A stretch of 60,887 bases of DNA, the filler included, from Basidioascus undulatus (lineage: Eukaryota): assembly GCA_000826855.1 (NCBI GenBank). It is 4 parts of 4 records of this genome, joined end to end, with 100 filler letters (N's around TTAATTAATTAA, not from the genome) between each part and the next. Parts side by side here need not be neighbours in the genome. Positions count along the whole stretch, not along the records: positions 40,440 to 50,615 come from JTLS01001172.1; positions 50,716 to 60,887 come from JTLS01001173.1; 2 more parts are not named here. One strand, given 5' to 3'. Shown in pieces: positions 48,952 to 60,887 of this stretch (positions within the stretch are counted from its first letter, which is position 1; every line of letters begins with the position of its first letter). The translations under genes and the position numbers were made by a program. Under the pieces are notes generated by a model. The model worked only from the letters and a program-made list of their open reading frames with translations. It was not told the DNA's origin and searched no databases.

Positions 48952-50615
48952 GTCGGTATCGGTGGTAGTGCCTTCAGCTGCAAAGCTGGGTCGAAACTCA
49001 ACGCCCGGCCGAGGTTTGGTCGAGACATGCGATGTGAATGGTCCGAAACTGAACGTCAGGCGATGGGAGGACTGTGAAGGGACTGATGGTGGTACGCGAG
49101 GAAGAGGTGACGGACTGAGCAGCACGTACAGTAGCGCATGCACTCCAGCGGGCCGGGCGGAGCGAAGACGGATGGAAAGGGGAGTTCGTTCTTGGGACTG
49201 CCAGATGACACGGCCGTCGAAATCCACCTCAAAAAATCGGGGGATCCATGCTCTGTGCGACGAGACTCATCGCCAGTAAAAGGCAGACTTAGGGAGACCA
49301 CATTTTCTTATAGGTCCTGGAAAGTTGTTTAGAGTGTCAGGATTGTCAACCTAGGCATAGACAGGCAGCCACTTGCAAGCTGGTCCACACGTTTTGGTCG
49401 GGGAGCTCGTTGTTTTTCTGGTACATCCATGATCTTTTACAAGATCTGGGATGGAAAGGGGTCGATATTACCCATCACCTCATAACCGACACAACTAGTG
49501 AGTTGTCCTATTTGCATATCTGTCTGTTCAGCACATTTCTCCCCACCTACAAGAACGTGGTCACCTCATATCTACCCCCAGCGTTATTCTATCGCCTCAT
49601 TTTACTAACGTTTTGCGATATCATTAATGGCCTGACTCGACTGCACCTCGGACGTGCTGCGGTGCGAAGAGACTCTCTGAAAAGGAACGGCGCGCCGTCG
49701 CAAACTTCCAGTAAGTTAACTTACTGAACAAGAGTTTCAATGCGGTAGTCTCAGGACCCCAAGATATGGACGACAAGTCATCCACAGACCCGCAAGTTCG
49801 CTGTGGGTCGGCCGCGCACCAGCGTAACTAGTTTTAATCTCAGGCACCTGGACTGTGGAATGCATGCCCGTCCTCCGCAATGTTGGCCTTGGTTGCACAA
49901 GTTTCTGAGGAATTGCTTTTGTCTCCGTTTCAGCATATACCCCAGTTTCATAGTTGACGCTTGCAGTAGAGTACCCCTGCCTCCGACTCATCTGCACTCC
50001 AGCTCCTCGTCCTCCCTCCACCCCTCCCCAACCACTGTATACTTCCCCCTCTCCACCCGCTCTCCCACCTCCTCCACACCCTCACCCAAATCCCCACCCG
50101 CATCCTCCCCACCCCTCTCCTCACCCGCATTCTCTTCTGCCTCCTACCCACCCCCCGAATCTCAGTGCACCTCTTCCCCTAACAAGGAGGAGGACGCGCA
50201 CCTCTGTCCCCTTCCCCCCCTTTCCCACCCAGCGCGGACACTCCAACTCAAACCCAAGCCGGTCGGGCACGTCCACCCGCGGGGCCCACTTCGCCTCCTC
50301 CGATAGCGCAGCTTGCCAGCGCTCCTCCCTCTCGCGGGCCTTGTTGCCTGTCCGTCCCACCCGCCCGCGTTTCAGCTCAAACCACACGCCGGACAATAGA
50401 CGAAACGGGCCACGCCGTCGGTCCTCTTTCGCAGACTCGAACTCGCGCCGAACGCGCGCGGGCGACTCTTCCCGGTTTACGCTGCCCCGGCCGGCGCGGC
50501 GCGCTGTGCGGCGTGGGTGCGCGTGCGTGTGCGGGGGGACGGAGGGCGCGGAGGGCTCGAGGGTGTGCATTGGGCGGGGGGGAGGGTGGGTGGGGCCGAC
50601 CGATGGAGTGGCGGG

Positions 50616-50715
50616 NNNNNNNNNNNNNNNNNNNNNNNNNNNNNNNNNNNNNNNNNNNNTTAATTAATTAANNNNNNNNNNNNNNNNNNNNNNNNNNNNN
50701 NNNNNNNNNNNNNNN
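50616..50715. other. Artificial contig-join spacer
   Basis: N44-TTAATTAATTAA-N44. Confidence 0.98.
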
Positions 50716-50829
50716 CTTGGTCCCCCCGCTTTCCCCCGCCTCTCGTTAGACCACCAGGCCACTCCCGTTCCGCTCTTCATCTGCTCCATCAGCATCTGTC
50801 CAACTCATTCGTTTGTTTCTTGTAGCTCT

Positions 50830-53800
50830 TTGACGTCTTGCGCTTCTCTCGAACCCTTCCACCTACCAGCGCTCTACCAAACGTCGATCAAGGCGATGCC
50901 AGGGCTTGCACCTTGCTGCTCGCTTCACATCCAGGGACTGGCCTTCAACGTCAAGAAGGGCGATATCTACAGCTTCTTCGGAAACGACCCGTGCATCGAG
51001 GATGTTGTCTTGCACGGGAGATACGGGTTTGTCAAGTTTGAGAGCCATAAAGTAATGGACAATGACCTCTCAAATGTGCAGCGCCTCACTTGCTGATGTC
51101 AACACGCAGTTGGCTTCTGATATGATGCGACGATACAACGGGAAACTTCTTCTTGGACAAAGGTGATACCCGCTTCCTTTGGTTTACAGAGAGGTGCAGA
51201 CCTGTCAGAGAAGAGTTCTGTCGTTTCGGCCCTTCTGACATGCTTCCCAATGTGCTCAGGGTCTGCATCAACTACGCCCGCTATGATCGAACCTACAACA
51301 GGCTTCCTCACAGCCGGTGGCATTCTCAATCGGCCTGTCGTGACGAGCTTCGTGGACGTCAACTGACCCGATCACGTGACGAGCCTCGTCGCAACAGGTC
51401 AGTAGAACGCCGGGTTCGCTCCATCTCCCCGTACCAGCCGTCAAAGCAATGTCGGTCTTCAAGATCGGCAAGTCGGTCTAGCTCTCGATCAGGGAGGAGA
51501 TTACGTTCGACTTCAGGACGGCGTTCTCGAAGTTATTCGCGGGGGACAAGGGACGAGAGCGTGACTCGTGAGCCATCTACCGAAGGACATCGTAGGCGAT
51601 CCAGATCGCCACCGCCCGCGCAGCATCCGCGGCCGTCACCACCATTGTCCAGGGAGTGCGTTCTTCTTTGATAGCCATATTGCAACTAATACAGCTGAAA
51701 TGATGTTCGCGTTCGGACAGGCAGCATGTGGAAGTGCGCGATTTGTCACATGGCTTGTGGCTTAGCTGCGATGGCCGACAGCGGCGAACGATAGGATGGT
51801 CTGCAGGGGTGCTCTATCCATGGACGTTCACCGAACACTGTGCCCCAAGTCCTTGTTCGTAATCTCCACCCATCTTGCACTTCAGCGGTACATTCTACCT
51901 CCTCCCTAGCTGTTCTCAATCATCGCTAATACCAGTTGAGCTTAGGACCTTGCAGATTTCGCTTCTCAGGTCGGCAGGCTCGCCTATGCTCGGTGCGGGC
52001 TGTATGCAAGCGGTGAAGGGTGCGTTTTTCTCCCTTAGATAGTCACTCGGAAATGTAGAGCTGATCGTCCCCGACAAGCTTCCTTGCTTTCTGTGACACC
52101 GACACGGAGCGGCGCGCATTACGCCAGCTGTCTGGCCTATTCCTCAAGGGGCGAGCGATATCTTTGGCCGCATTTGATGACCTTGGCATTGGCGATGATT
52201 CGGTTAGTCTGATGGACCTGGTTGTTCTGCACGGATAGCAGGTTACGGTGTGGGAGCAGCAGGACACCGGTAAAGGATGCTTGAGGACGACCAAGCTCCT
52301 GTTCCTGCACTTACCGCCAGCATGTGGCATCAAGGTATAATTGGGTCAGCATAAAAGCGAATGTCCAACGCTTATGATTCGCCGAGACGGACAAGGCATT
52401 ATCTACCTTTGCGGAGCAAGCGGGACCGATCAAACGCGCGCACATTGGCCGTTACAGGAACGAGGAAGGGTTCGTCCCATCTCGGCTTATAGAATGGATC
52501 GGCCTAGAAAGAAGGTCATGTGGGCGTCCTATTCTATTGACATTGCGGCAAAGCAGGTTCGTGGAGTATGAAAACATTGAGGACGCAGTTCGAGCCTTAC
52601 GACAGCTTGACGGTCTTCGCATCGACGGCCAGCCCGTCAGGCTTGCACTTTGCGATATCAATTAAAAACTGCAGGACGACGCTGTTTTCTTGTTCTGCTT
52701 TTACTCTTTCTCAGCCACTCTTTACGCTGTACTGTACCTCATCAGAGTGGGTCGATCATTTGCTTGCTTCGTAGCATTCACTTGCCCGCTCGCTCAACCG
52801 CCCTCTCACCTGGCCGCACGTCTTCCCCGCTTCTCAGTCATTCACTGGCTCACTTGCCCACCCGGACACTGGCTCACTCGTGTGCTCGCATGCATTGATA
52901 ACAGAGGAGCTACGCGAAGAGTGGGCACCGAGGGAAATCCAGCTGCAGAAAAACCACCTGTCAAAAGGCTGCTCACCAGTTGAAGAACTGTTGCCTGTAC
53001 GTCAGGAGGTGAAAGACCGGAGGCGAACATATCGAACCTCTCCACTTCGAGCCCCGCTACACCCAGGGCTCCTACTCGCAAGCCACGAGCGGCAAAGCTG
53101 CTGTTCCCCCTCGCTCAAAAACCCGCCGCAACCCGCTGCCTGAGTTCACCCTCGTCGAGACTGACCGGGCTAACCCTGTTTTAGTCGACATGCCCAATAC
53201 CCCCCTCTGCACTTGCGTCGAAGAGGCTAGTAAGTACTTATCCACCCTCAACCACGAGGGCGGCGGACAGCCAATTCGCAAAGTGCCAGGTACTGTCCCT
53301 TTTCGAGATTTTGTCCTTCTTTGGGTTGTTGCATGCTAAGATCTGACATTCTAAACCCAAAGAGATGCAGTGCTTGACATCAGCATGTCACAAGTCATTC
53401 GTCGATTGAGCTGCCGCTTGCTGTTTACAGCAACCGCAAACAGCACCGCAACTGCAACCTTACCGTGACCGTGACTGTGACCAATAGTACCAAGAGCATG
53501 CCGCTTAAGGTGACCTACCCTAACTCTTGTTCATTATTCAGCATGCACATTATGCCCACCCTCCGGCTCCTCCCCCATCCCTGGTTCTTTTGTTTTTGGT
53601 TCTCCCACTCCGTCACTTTCCTCTCTCCGGCTCTCCGCAGTCATGGATCCATGTGCTTTCCTAGCCGTAGCTGCTGTCATTCCTGGTGTTCGGCCCCTAT
53701 CTCGTGTCGACCGCATATGCGAATGTCGACGGCGATGTAAACTCGCTCTCCCTTGACGACTGGTTCGCTACTGATGGTCCGCTGGGAGAAAAAATGGAAA

Positions 53801-56300
53801 GATTGCAAAGTGTATGTCGCTATCGCAATGAATGAAACAATCCACCTCGGCACATTGAGCATAGGTGCCGGCAGGACTTCCGCTTCCGCAAAACCACGTG
53901 CTTTAGAGATATCACAGCGTGGTCGGTTTGTGCTGCCGCTGCTGGTTGCATTATCTCTCTCCTCCTACTTGACATGGCGACCGGAACGGCTTCGGTTGTC
54001 TTTATCACTAAGTTGAACAATCTCCTCGTGTCGCCAATGGTCACCTCATGTCGGGCCATACTCGCCTATTCGCGCTCTCCTGACCCAGACATCCAGCTGG
54101 CACTTTCCGACGCCCTGCCCACTCTCCTCGGTCGCTTCCCGTCCGATGCTGAAGATGTAATCATGCCGTCTACGACCTGTGAAAAGACACCGATGAGTGC
54201 GTTCGATGCGCGGGTTATAGATGTGTTGCAGAATGCAGCAATGCCAAACGGAGCTGGGTGCGGCGCAACACGGACATTCTCGTTCAGCTTCTCCAGTCAG
54301 GTCGGTGTCGGCTCTCGCTTTCTGATACTTCCATTTAATGTCCTTCGTGCCGCTTGAGTACGTGAAAGTGGGGATTGCTTACAGAGAACGAGCATGAGCT
54401 CGCCCAGATCAAGACAACCAGCTTTCTGCGCACATCTTGCTCGACGCTCCCGCGGCTTTTGAGGTCATCACGTCCTTGGCCGCTAGTTCCCTGCGTCCGT
54501 TTGTACTGGGCGCCCTTGCATCGGACAAGGATCGCACTGCGGTTCGAAACGTCACGCACAAGGACCAGAGCGCGGAGGAGATCTTTCGTGAGGAGCTGCT
54601 CAAGGTGCGCAGTTTTGTCTCTGACTAGGTCGCAGGTGACATCACGAGCGTTGAAGGTGTCGCGCGATGCTGTCCAAACGTTGCCACTGTGCACCTTGGA
54701 GGAGCTTCAGTTGGCTCTCGACGTCCTTCTCTCCCTTTCGTCTTACAAGCCATCGGCGACACCCAATCCCAGGTCGACAGTTCTAGCCAGCGCGCTCTTG
54801 GCCCTGGCACCCCATCTCGCCGTTCGACTTTTGGCTTATCACGGTGCTGATCCTGCTGTCCTTGTTGCCACATTTGCGGAAACGGGCTGGCCATGCCGCA
54901 TGCCGATGGATCCGAGATGGCTCGGAAAGCAAGCCACCAAGTCTTGGGGTGGTTCAAACAAACCAAGCCACCGGTTGACGTAGCGGAGCAACTTGTGCAA
55001 GGCATTATTGGACGTATCCTTCCCTTCTGAGATTAAACAACCTTTCTCAAGTTTCCAGCTAATGTCATCTGCCCATAACAGAAAACCGGCATTTCTGCGC
55101 GTCACTGCGCGACCTTTTCGGGACTCTGTCGGATCGAAACACCGCTTCTAGCCCTTACGCACCTCGAGCATCACCATGCGTTGGCCTCCCTCGGCGCGTT
55201 TCTCCAACCTCTGCGAAGACTGCTTGCCGACGCGGCACCGCCTGCACAATGGCTTCAGTCTTGCGCGGCTGCCGAGATACTGGCTTTGGCGAGACGTTAT
55301 CTCCGTTCGGTACCGTTCTGCCCGGGCCTTCATCAGCCTCCATCTGTCCTTCACTCCTGTTTACTGCTTTCCAGCAGTTCGACCGTGTCCCGGGCAATGT
55401 ACAACCCTCGTCCGTGCTTCCTGCGACAGCTTCTGAACCATCTTCCAGCGACAAGTCTTTTGTTCCTCCTTAAGTCCCTGCGCCCGCTTTCTTTTGCGAC
55501 AGTGAACACAGATTTATCTCTCTCGTAATGCACTAAGGCCCCTGATCTGACGCCCCCTGCAACTGCATCATGTACATCGGTACGTCGCCTCGAATTTGGT
55601 TGGAAGGGTCGTCTTCCAGTCCATGGCTGAGCATCGCAGGTCCGTGTCTAATTTGCCAGCCCGCGTGCAATGGATAGCTTGCTATTGGCATTGAAAGGAT
55701 AGGTGACGGTGAATGTCGACCTGCACAGCAGTCTATTCGCACGGTCTTTTTCGTCAATTTGGCGGAGAATTGCACTGCCGCGGTACGCAGGTTTAACGAC
55801 AGAAGAATGTCTTCCAACAGAGGCCTGACGCGTATTGGTCACGTGCTGATCAATGGTTCCTCAGCATCTTGCTGCTTTTGCTGCCCAGGTCGGAGACGTA
55901 GCCATGTGGAGTGCGCCTTGTACCGCGCTGGAGAAGGGGGAACTTGCCATACCGGTCGCCTGGAGCCGTCAAATGGATGAGCTGAGGTGCATCATATGCT
56001 GCACATACCCGTCACGTTCGAGGATGCTGGCGCAGCACGGCGGGCCTTAAACAAGCTCTCAGGCCGATACCTGAACGGCCAGGCCGTGTTGGCTATGTTA
56101 CTAGATGAACTTTTCAAAAAAGCTGAGCTTGGTTCGCTGAAGTCTCGGCGCATTATCTTCCTGAACCTAGCCGTCCGAATGAAGGTGAGTCTCGGGCAGG
56201 ATGTTGCCTGCAGGACGGTGGACTGACAAGATGTATGGAACGTTCAACATACTATACCCGATTTTATGGCAGAGTTTGACAATGTTAGCGAGCCAAGCTA
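50830..56300 (+). pseudogene. Degenerate multi-exon locus with at least three RRM domains, an SR-rich segment and a leucine-rich helical region
   Basis: RRM LHIQGLAFNVKKGDIYSFF...RYGFVKF (about 50925-51040), RS-rich 51370-51650, RRM STFAEQAGPIKRAHIG|FVEYENIEDAVRALRQLDGLRIDGQPVRL (about 52400-52650) and RRM VTFEDAGAARRALNKLSGRYLNGQAV (about 56010-56090). Stops and frameshifts lie between them. Confidence 0.55.
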
Positions 56301-57315
56301 GCCAAATCGTGCAATCTCATCTTGGCCGGTATGGACACGGTGACGGGTTAGTGTAGTGACTTTATCTGTTTCTGCCTCGATCGCAAGCAGCACAACTCAC
56401 GCTGTGAAATAAACCTTTTGATTGCAGGATGACCGAGTATGAATCAGAACTGTATGAAGTAGGCACTTACCTATGTAACTTACATGGTTACAAACTTACC
56501 ATAGTTACATCTTTAAAATAAGTTTCTGGAACGGCGCTTAGTGCAGTCCTTCAGTAGCTTACCGACAGGGCGGACCAGCCGGTTGAAGGTGAGATCGGAT
56601 GCCTAGGGACGTCGGACTCAAGTCGGGCCGCAGACCTACCCCCTGCTGGGTCAGAGCCGGCCGTGCCAGGTGTGGTTCGGTGTCCAACTTTCTCTGTACT
56701 GGGCTCCCTCTTCGCCCCCTTTCACCCCGGACCGCCTCCTCCTCCCCTCGAGCATACAAGCCAAGTCCCTCCACCCGCGACACTCCCCCTCCCCTTTCCT
56801 GGCGACGCTCCCACCTGCGAGCCCGGCACCGCCTACTCCCGTATCCCTCGCCCACTCCCCACGTGAGGGCGAATCAGCCGAAGCCCTCGCTCGAATGCAC
56901 GCCTCCGCGGCAGAGCAGACGCCTGTAGCCCAGCGCGAGCGAGAGGGAGCGATGCTGCGACGAAGCGGAGCCACCGCCGTGGATGGTTGGAATGGCGACC
57001 CTGCGCCGGTGCGTCCTAAAGTTTCGCCTTGTTTTGGTTTCGCTGTGTTTGCATGGAGCTTCTTTGACAGGCACATGGTGCTGATTGCTTATTTAGTCCC
57101 CGACTCTTACCAACAGATTCCCCCTATACCTATCAGCGGACCGTTCCCTAGAGCAACGCCGTCCCTCAGGCGATTGCGTCTGCCCCCGATTTTCACACGT
57201 CTCAATCCGTCCCTTTCCCCCCACCATTCGACCTTCGACTTCACCTCGCCTCGCTCTATCTTCCTCCCCATCATCCCACTGAGGCTGCTGCCGGCCTTGT
57301 ATTTACCCTCACCCG

Positions 57316-59189
57316 ATGCGCCACCATACCGAGCACATCTACACCGGACCTCCCCCCGGCTTCGTCGAGGTCAACGCCGCGCTGCACCTCCTTTCCACCA
57401 CCTCGACGGTTCCAGCCCCGAGGCAGCGCAAACTGCGCCCAAAGCGTCACAAGAAGCCCAAGCGTGACCATACTCCGCGTCCTCCGAAGTAATTCCACAC
57501 AGCTTTGGGAAATGTCTTACTGCGAGTTCAATGCGCGCCGAACTAACGCCAAATCTTTTTCGTAGCGTTTGGATTTTGTACAGGAGCGATAAGTTGGTCG
57601 ACATGAGGCGAGTCGCATCGCACTTTGGTCCCTATGGCTGCGAGTTGACGACCGCTGCACTCGCCAGGGCCGAGGACGGCGACGATCGCCGCCCCCAGGC
57701 CAACCTCTCCAAGCTCATCGCCGAGCTCTGGAAGCGAGAGCCGCCAGACATTAAGCGCAAATACGAGCAGCTCGCGGACCTGCGCAAGGTGCAGCACCAG
57801 CAGCAGTACCCCGACTACCGCTTCCAGCCCAAGAAGAAGGAGCCCAAGGTCCCAAGGCGCACCGGCTCCGCATCCGCTGGCCTCGGCTCGTCGCCGCATA
57901 AGGAGTCGGCCGCCATCCGGTACATCAGGCGCGCCGAGTCCGGCGTCGAAAATCCCTTGCTCGGCCCCACCATCGAGGCACTGGCGATGTCGCGGGCGGC
58001 ATCCGAGGCGGCTGGTTCCTTTTCACCGCTGCCACCTCCTGACTTCGCTTCGCCGCTGCCGTCAGCGGCGTTTCATCCTGGAACGGTCGGCGAACCGATC
58101 TTAACCTACTCTAACCAACCCGACATCCGAGCACGCGTCGTCGAGCGTCCCGCTCCGATTCGCCCGTGCAGGGCACCCGCAGACGCTTCCTCCGTCTCCT
58201 TTGTCGACCCGCCACAGCCGCCGCCTCCCTTCTTGTATAACCCGCCTCCCAAGACCTTCCCACCGCCTAGCGCCTCCAGTACGGTGATCGATGGATTCGC
58301 GACGTCCGCAGCCGACGAGTACGAGCTCGACTTCGGCTCGCCCGATGAGCTCCCCGCGCCGGACACGCCCAGCCGTCTCGCTGCGTCGTGGGCCGAGATC
58401 CGAACTCCAGAAGAGACGCCGGCGAAGTCCCTCGCGGACCCGCAGAAGGTACTAGCGGGGCCGATTCTTTTCGAGCCGCCGCCTGCCGAGTGGCTACAGT
58501 CCGGTCCGGCGTCGGCGCCAGCGTCGCTCGCCGTGAACGCCGCACCGTTCTTTGAGCCTAGCGTCGGCTCCAGCAGTAGCGGCAGCGGCGGTGTTCCCTC
58601 ACCATCTCATGGCTCGGCGAGCCCCGCCCCTACGGACCCTGCCCGCCTCTCCACAAGTGGTACCTGGACGGCCCACTATCTCTCGGCGCACCCGGCGTTC
58701 ATGTCTCTCACCCTCCCCGCTTCGGAGCTCGAGACCGCGGCGTTCGACAATCCTGAAGCGTCGTCCCCCGTCTATTCCCCGTCAACATCTCCGTACACGC
58801 CTTTCACGCAGTACACGCCTTTCATGCCCTACCCGCGTTACACCTCGGACGCTTTCGCCCCCAATTCGCTGGACTCGCCCGTGTTCGACGAGCTCGCACG
58901 CTGGACGCGCGACGACGCCGCTGCGCAGTCGGCGCCGGCAGGGCGTGCGGCGGCGGTATCGGCGAGCGTGGAGGAGGTTTTGTCGGGCTTCACCTTAACG
59001 GACGAACCTGCGCACCTCGCCGAGCGCAGTCCTGTGCCGGGCGCCAGCGGGCTCGGCCTGTATCTCGAGCGTGCCTTTCCCCAAGTTCCGCCGCTGCCGA
59101 CCGCGACGCAGCACGTCGCCCACACGGACGACGACTTCGGAATGGCTGCGTACCGCCAGCGTACCAGTCAGGACATTACGCACTCTTGA
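57316..59189 (+). CDS. HMG-box transcription factor (MATA_HMG / Rox1-Prf1-like)
   Basis: KKPKRDHTPRPPN|VWILYRSDK...QANLSKLIAELWKREPPDIKRKYEQLADLRKVQHQQQYPDYRFQPKKK with intron 57489-57565, then a long Pro/Ser-rich tail. The start is taken as the first in-frame ATG after the stop at about 57280. Confidence 0.9.
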
Positions 59190-59672
59190 TAGCATCCCCA
59201 CTATTTCCCTGCTCCTTTTCCCCGGTTCTCTGTTAAAAGCAATGGTCGTTTCGCATCGTTTCGTTTGCCTAAGTCACGTCGCTCTTCCGTCTGCTCGCCT
59301 CAATAGTCATCGCCCACACCGCATCTACAGGTAGCCTTTCAACTATCTCCCTACTCGACTCTTTGCACGCCGTATTTATTGTCGTTATCGCCTCTTCTTA
59401 TATACGACCTGTAACCTCTTCGTCCTTCGAACACTTTGCGTTAGACGCATTTGCCACAATCATGATGCTTGCGGCGCCGAGTCTTGCTTCCTTTTATTGA
59501 GAGACTTGGCGCGCGTGCTGAGGGTTGGGGCACCATCCATCCTTGGAACATGCGGCCACATCATTTATCCTTCCTTTCATGCACACGCGGATGCACTCTG
59601 CATGAAAAGTCGGACAGGAACTCCTAGGTAGATGGGAAGCTGAACCGCATCGCCGTGCTTCAGTTTTTCAGG

Positions 59673-59719
59673 GTTAGGCGTTAAGAGCTCTGCATGCGAC
59701 GCCGCTAGTGGGCTGCTAG
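59673..59719 (-). repeat. Dispersed repeat copy 2 (matches 34562-34628)
   Basis: Reverse complement is CTAGCAGCCCACTAGCGGCGTCGCATGCAGAGCTCTTAACGCCTAAC. Confidence 0.75.
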
Positions 59720-60887
59720 GAGGTATTGGCAGGAGGCAGGAGGAGGGGACAGGACAAAGGGGACCGGGCCAGCACCAAAACCCGAGACAGGGATGAGATC
59801 TGTTGAGTCGGAGTGGACAGAGAGACAGGAGGCGACGCAGGTGTAGAGCACAACCTTGGGTTTCTTCGTGTCGGAAAGCCGAGCTTTGCCGGAATGCCCA
59901 CCCGGGAAGTAGAGCCCGACAATTCTTCCCCCAAGTCGCCCCCCTCATTCCTCTGCGCACACCTCACGTGCTCAACATCTTCTGCCTTCCTCCGCTTTTC
60001 GAGCTACACTTTGGACGCAGGCGCCAATTATTGCCATGCAAACAGACCGACTCGAAGAATGGTTTGACAAAGGGAGAGAGAGGGTAGAGGAGGCGGGCGG
60101 GGTTGGCAATGGTGCAAATCGCCTGGAGGGTCGTTGTGGGGCTCAGCCCAGAACCAGCTGGTTTAACGTCCGGTCATGACCGGTGCGGTGCGATGAGCAG
60201 CAGGCGTTTGAGCTACATTGTGCACAAAGCCGGAATATATTCTAACGGCCAGCCAGGTACACAGGCGGTGAGCTTCCACCGGACAACACGCAAGCCTGAA
60301 AGCCGGTCTTGCACTCCTAGACGTCATCTGCGTGCTTTGCCCGCAACATGTGGTGGCAAGAGGACTGGTCCCGTATTTGCACCCAGCCAATGCTGCGTCA
60401 GCGGCAGGGACCACGCTGACCGCTTCCAGGTCTCCTTGTTTCCTGTTCTGATGACAACCCAAGACATTTGCTGCAAGTCCCAAAAAGAAGTGCGTCTCCT
60501 TGGGCCAGCACGTGTTTAGGTGTTCTTGCTCCAATGCCTACCTTGTTTCATGTCGTTCATGTCGTCTTATTAGGGCGGGGTCCTTGCGGCTTTCCTCACC
60601 TATGACAATGGCAACTGAGGTGCGAAGGTGTCTCATGCCTTGTCACAAGTTGAAAGCACGGGTCCAAAAAGACAGCCTCTCTTTCGCCAATTGTCAACCT
60701 ATCCTGTCGGCTGCTTGTTGGCCGCTGCCTGACGAGAAGGCTTCCTCGGACGGGGTAAATATCCCCATTGCGGTAATGAGCGTCCTTCGCCCCCTCCCAA
60801 CCAAAGAAATCCCCAACGCACAGAACAATGGCTGCAGGGCGGCCATCGCATGAGGGCCATCTACCCCCCCCCACCCCCGCTTCTTCC

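Noticed and set aside
57316..59189. HMG gene as a mating-type locus
   Set aside because: Basidiomycete MAT loci are defined by homeodomain and pheromone/receptor genes, and none is seen in this window.

Overview
This is eukaryotic DNA from an intron-dense, GC-rich fungus, probably a basidiomycete (inferred from GTGCGT/GTACGT donors, CTGAC branch sites, ~60 nt introns and the gene families present). The window is four contigs joined by artificial 100-bp N-TTAATTAATTAA-N spacers, so adjacency across the gaps is not proven. Apparently intact genes are EXO1 (5' part), a secreted GH3 beta-glucosidase, AIP1 (WD40), a DHA2-type MFS transporter, parvulin PIN4 head-to-head with an ELYS-domain nucleoporin, POM152 (3' part), tRNA-Ile(AAT), a DUF6534-type membrane protein, isocitrate lyase ending in a PTS1 signal, and an HMG-box transcription factor. 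Between them lie decayed genes: three F-box pseudogenes (two are clear paralogues), an HNH_2 remnant, a SET-domain pseudogene, an uncharacterised nucleotidyltransferase-like gene, and a degenerate multi-RRM/SR locus. I found no CRISPR array, rRNA or intact transposon, and no clear-cut new biological system. The best leads are the NTase-like gene, the multi-RRM locus, the unusual splicing (several GC-AG introns, micro-exons, an intron splitting a start codon, PTS1 on a terminal micro-exon) and the neighbouring nucleoporin genes. Exon models were read by eye and boundaries are approximate.
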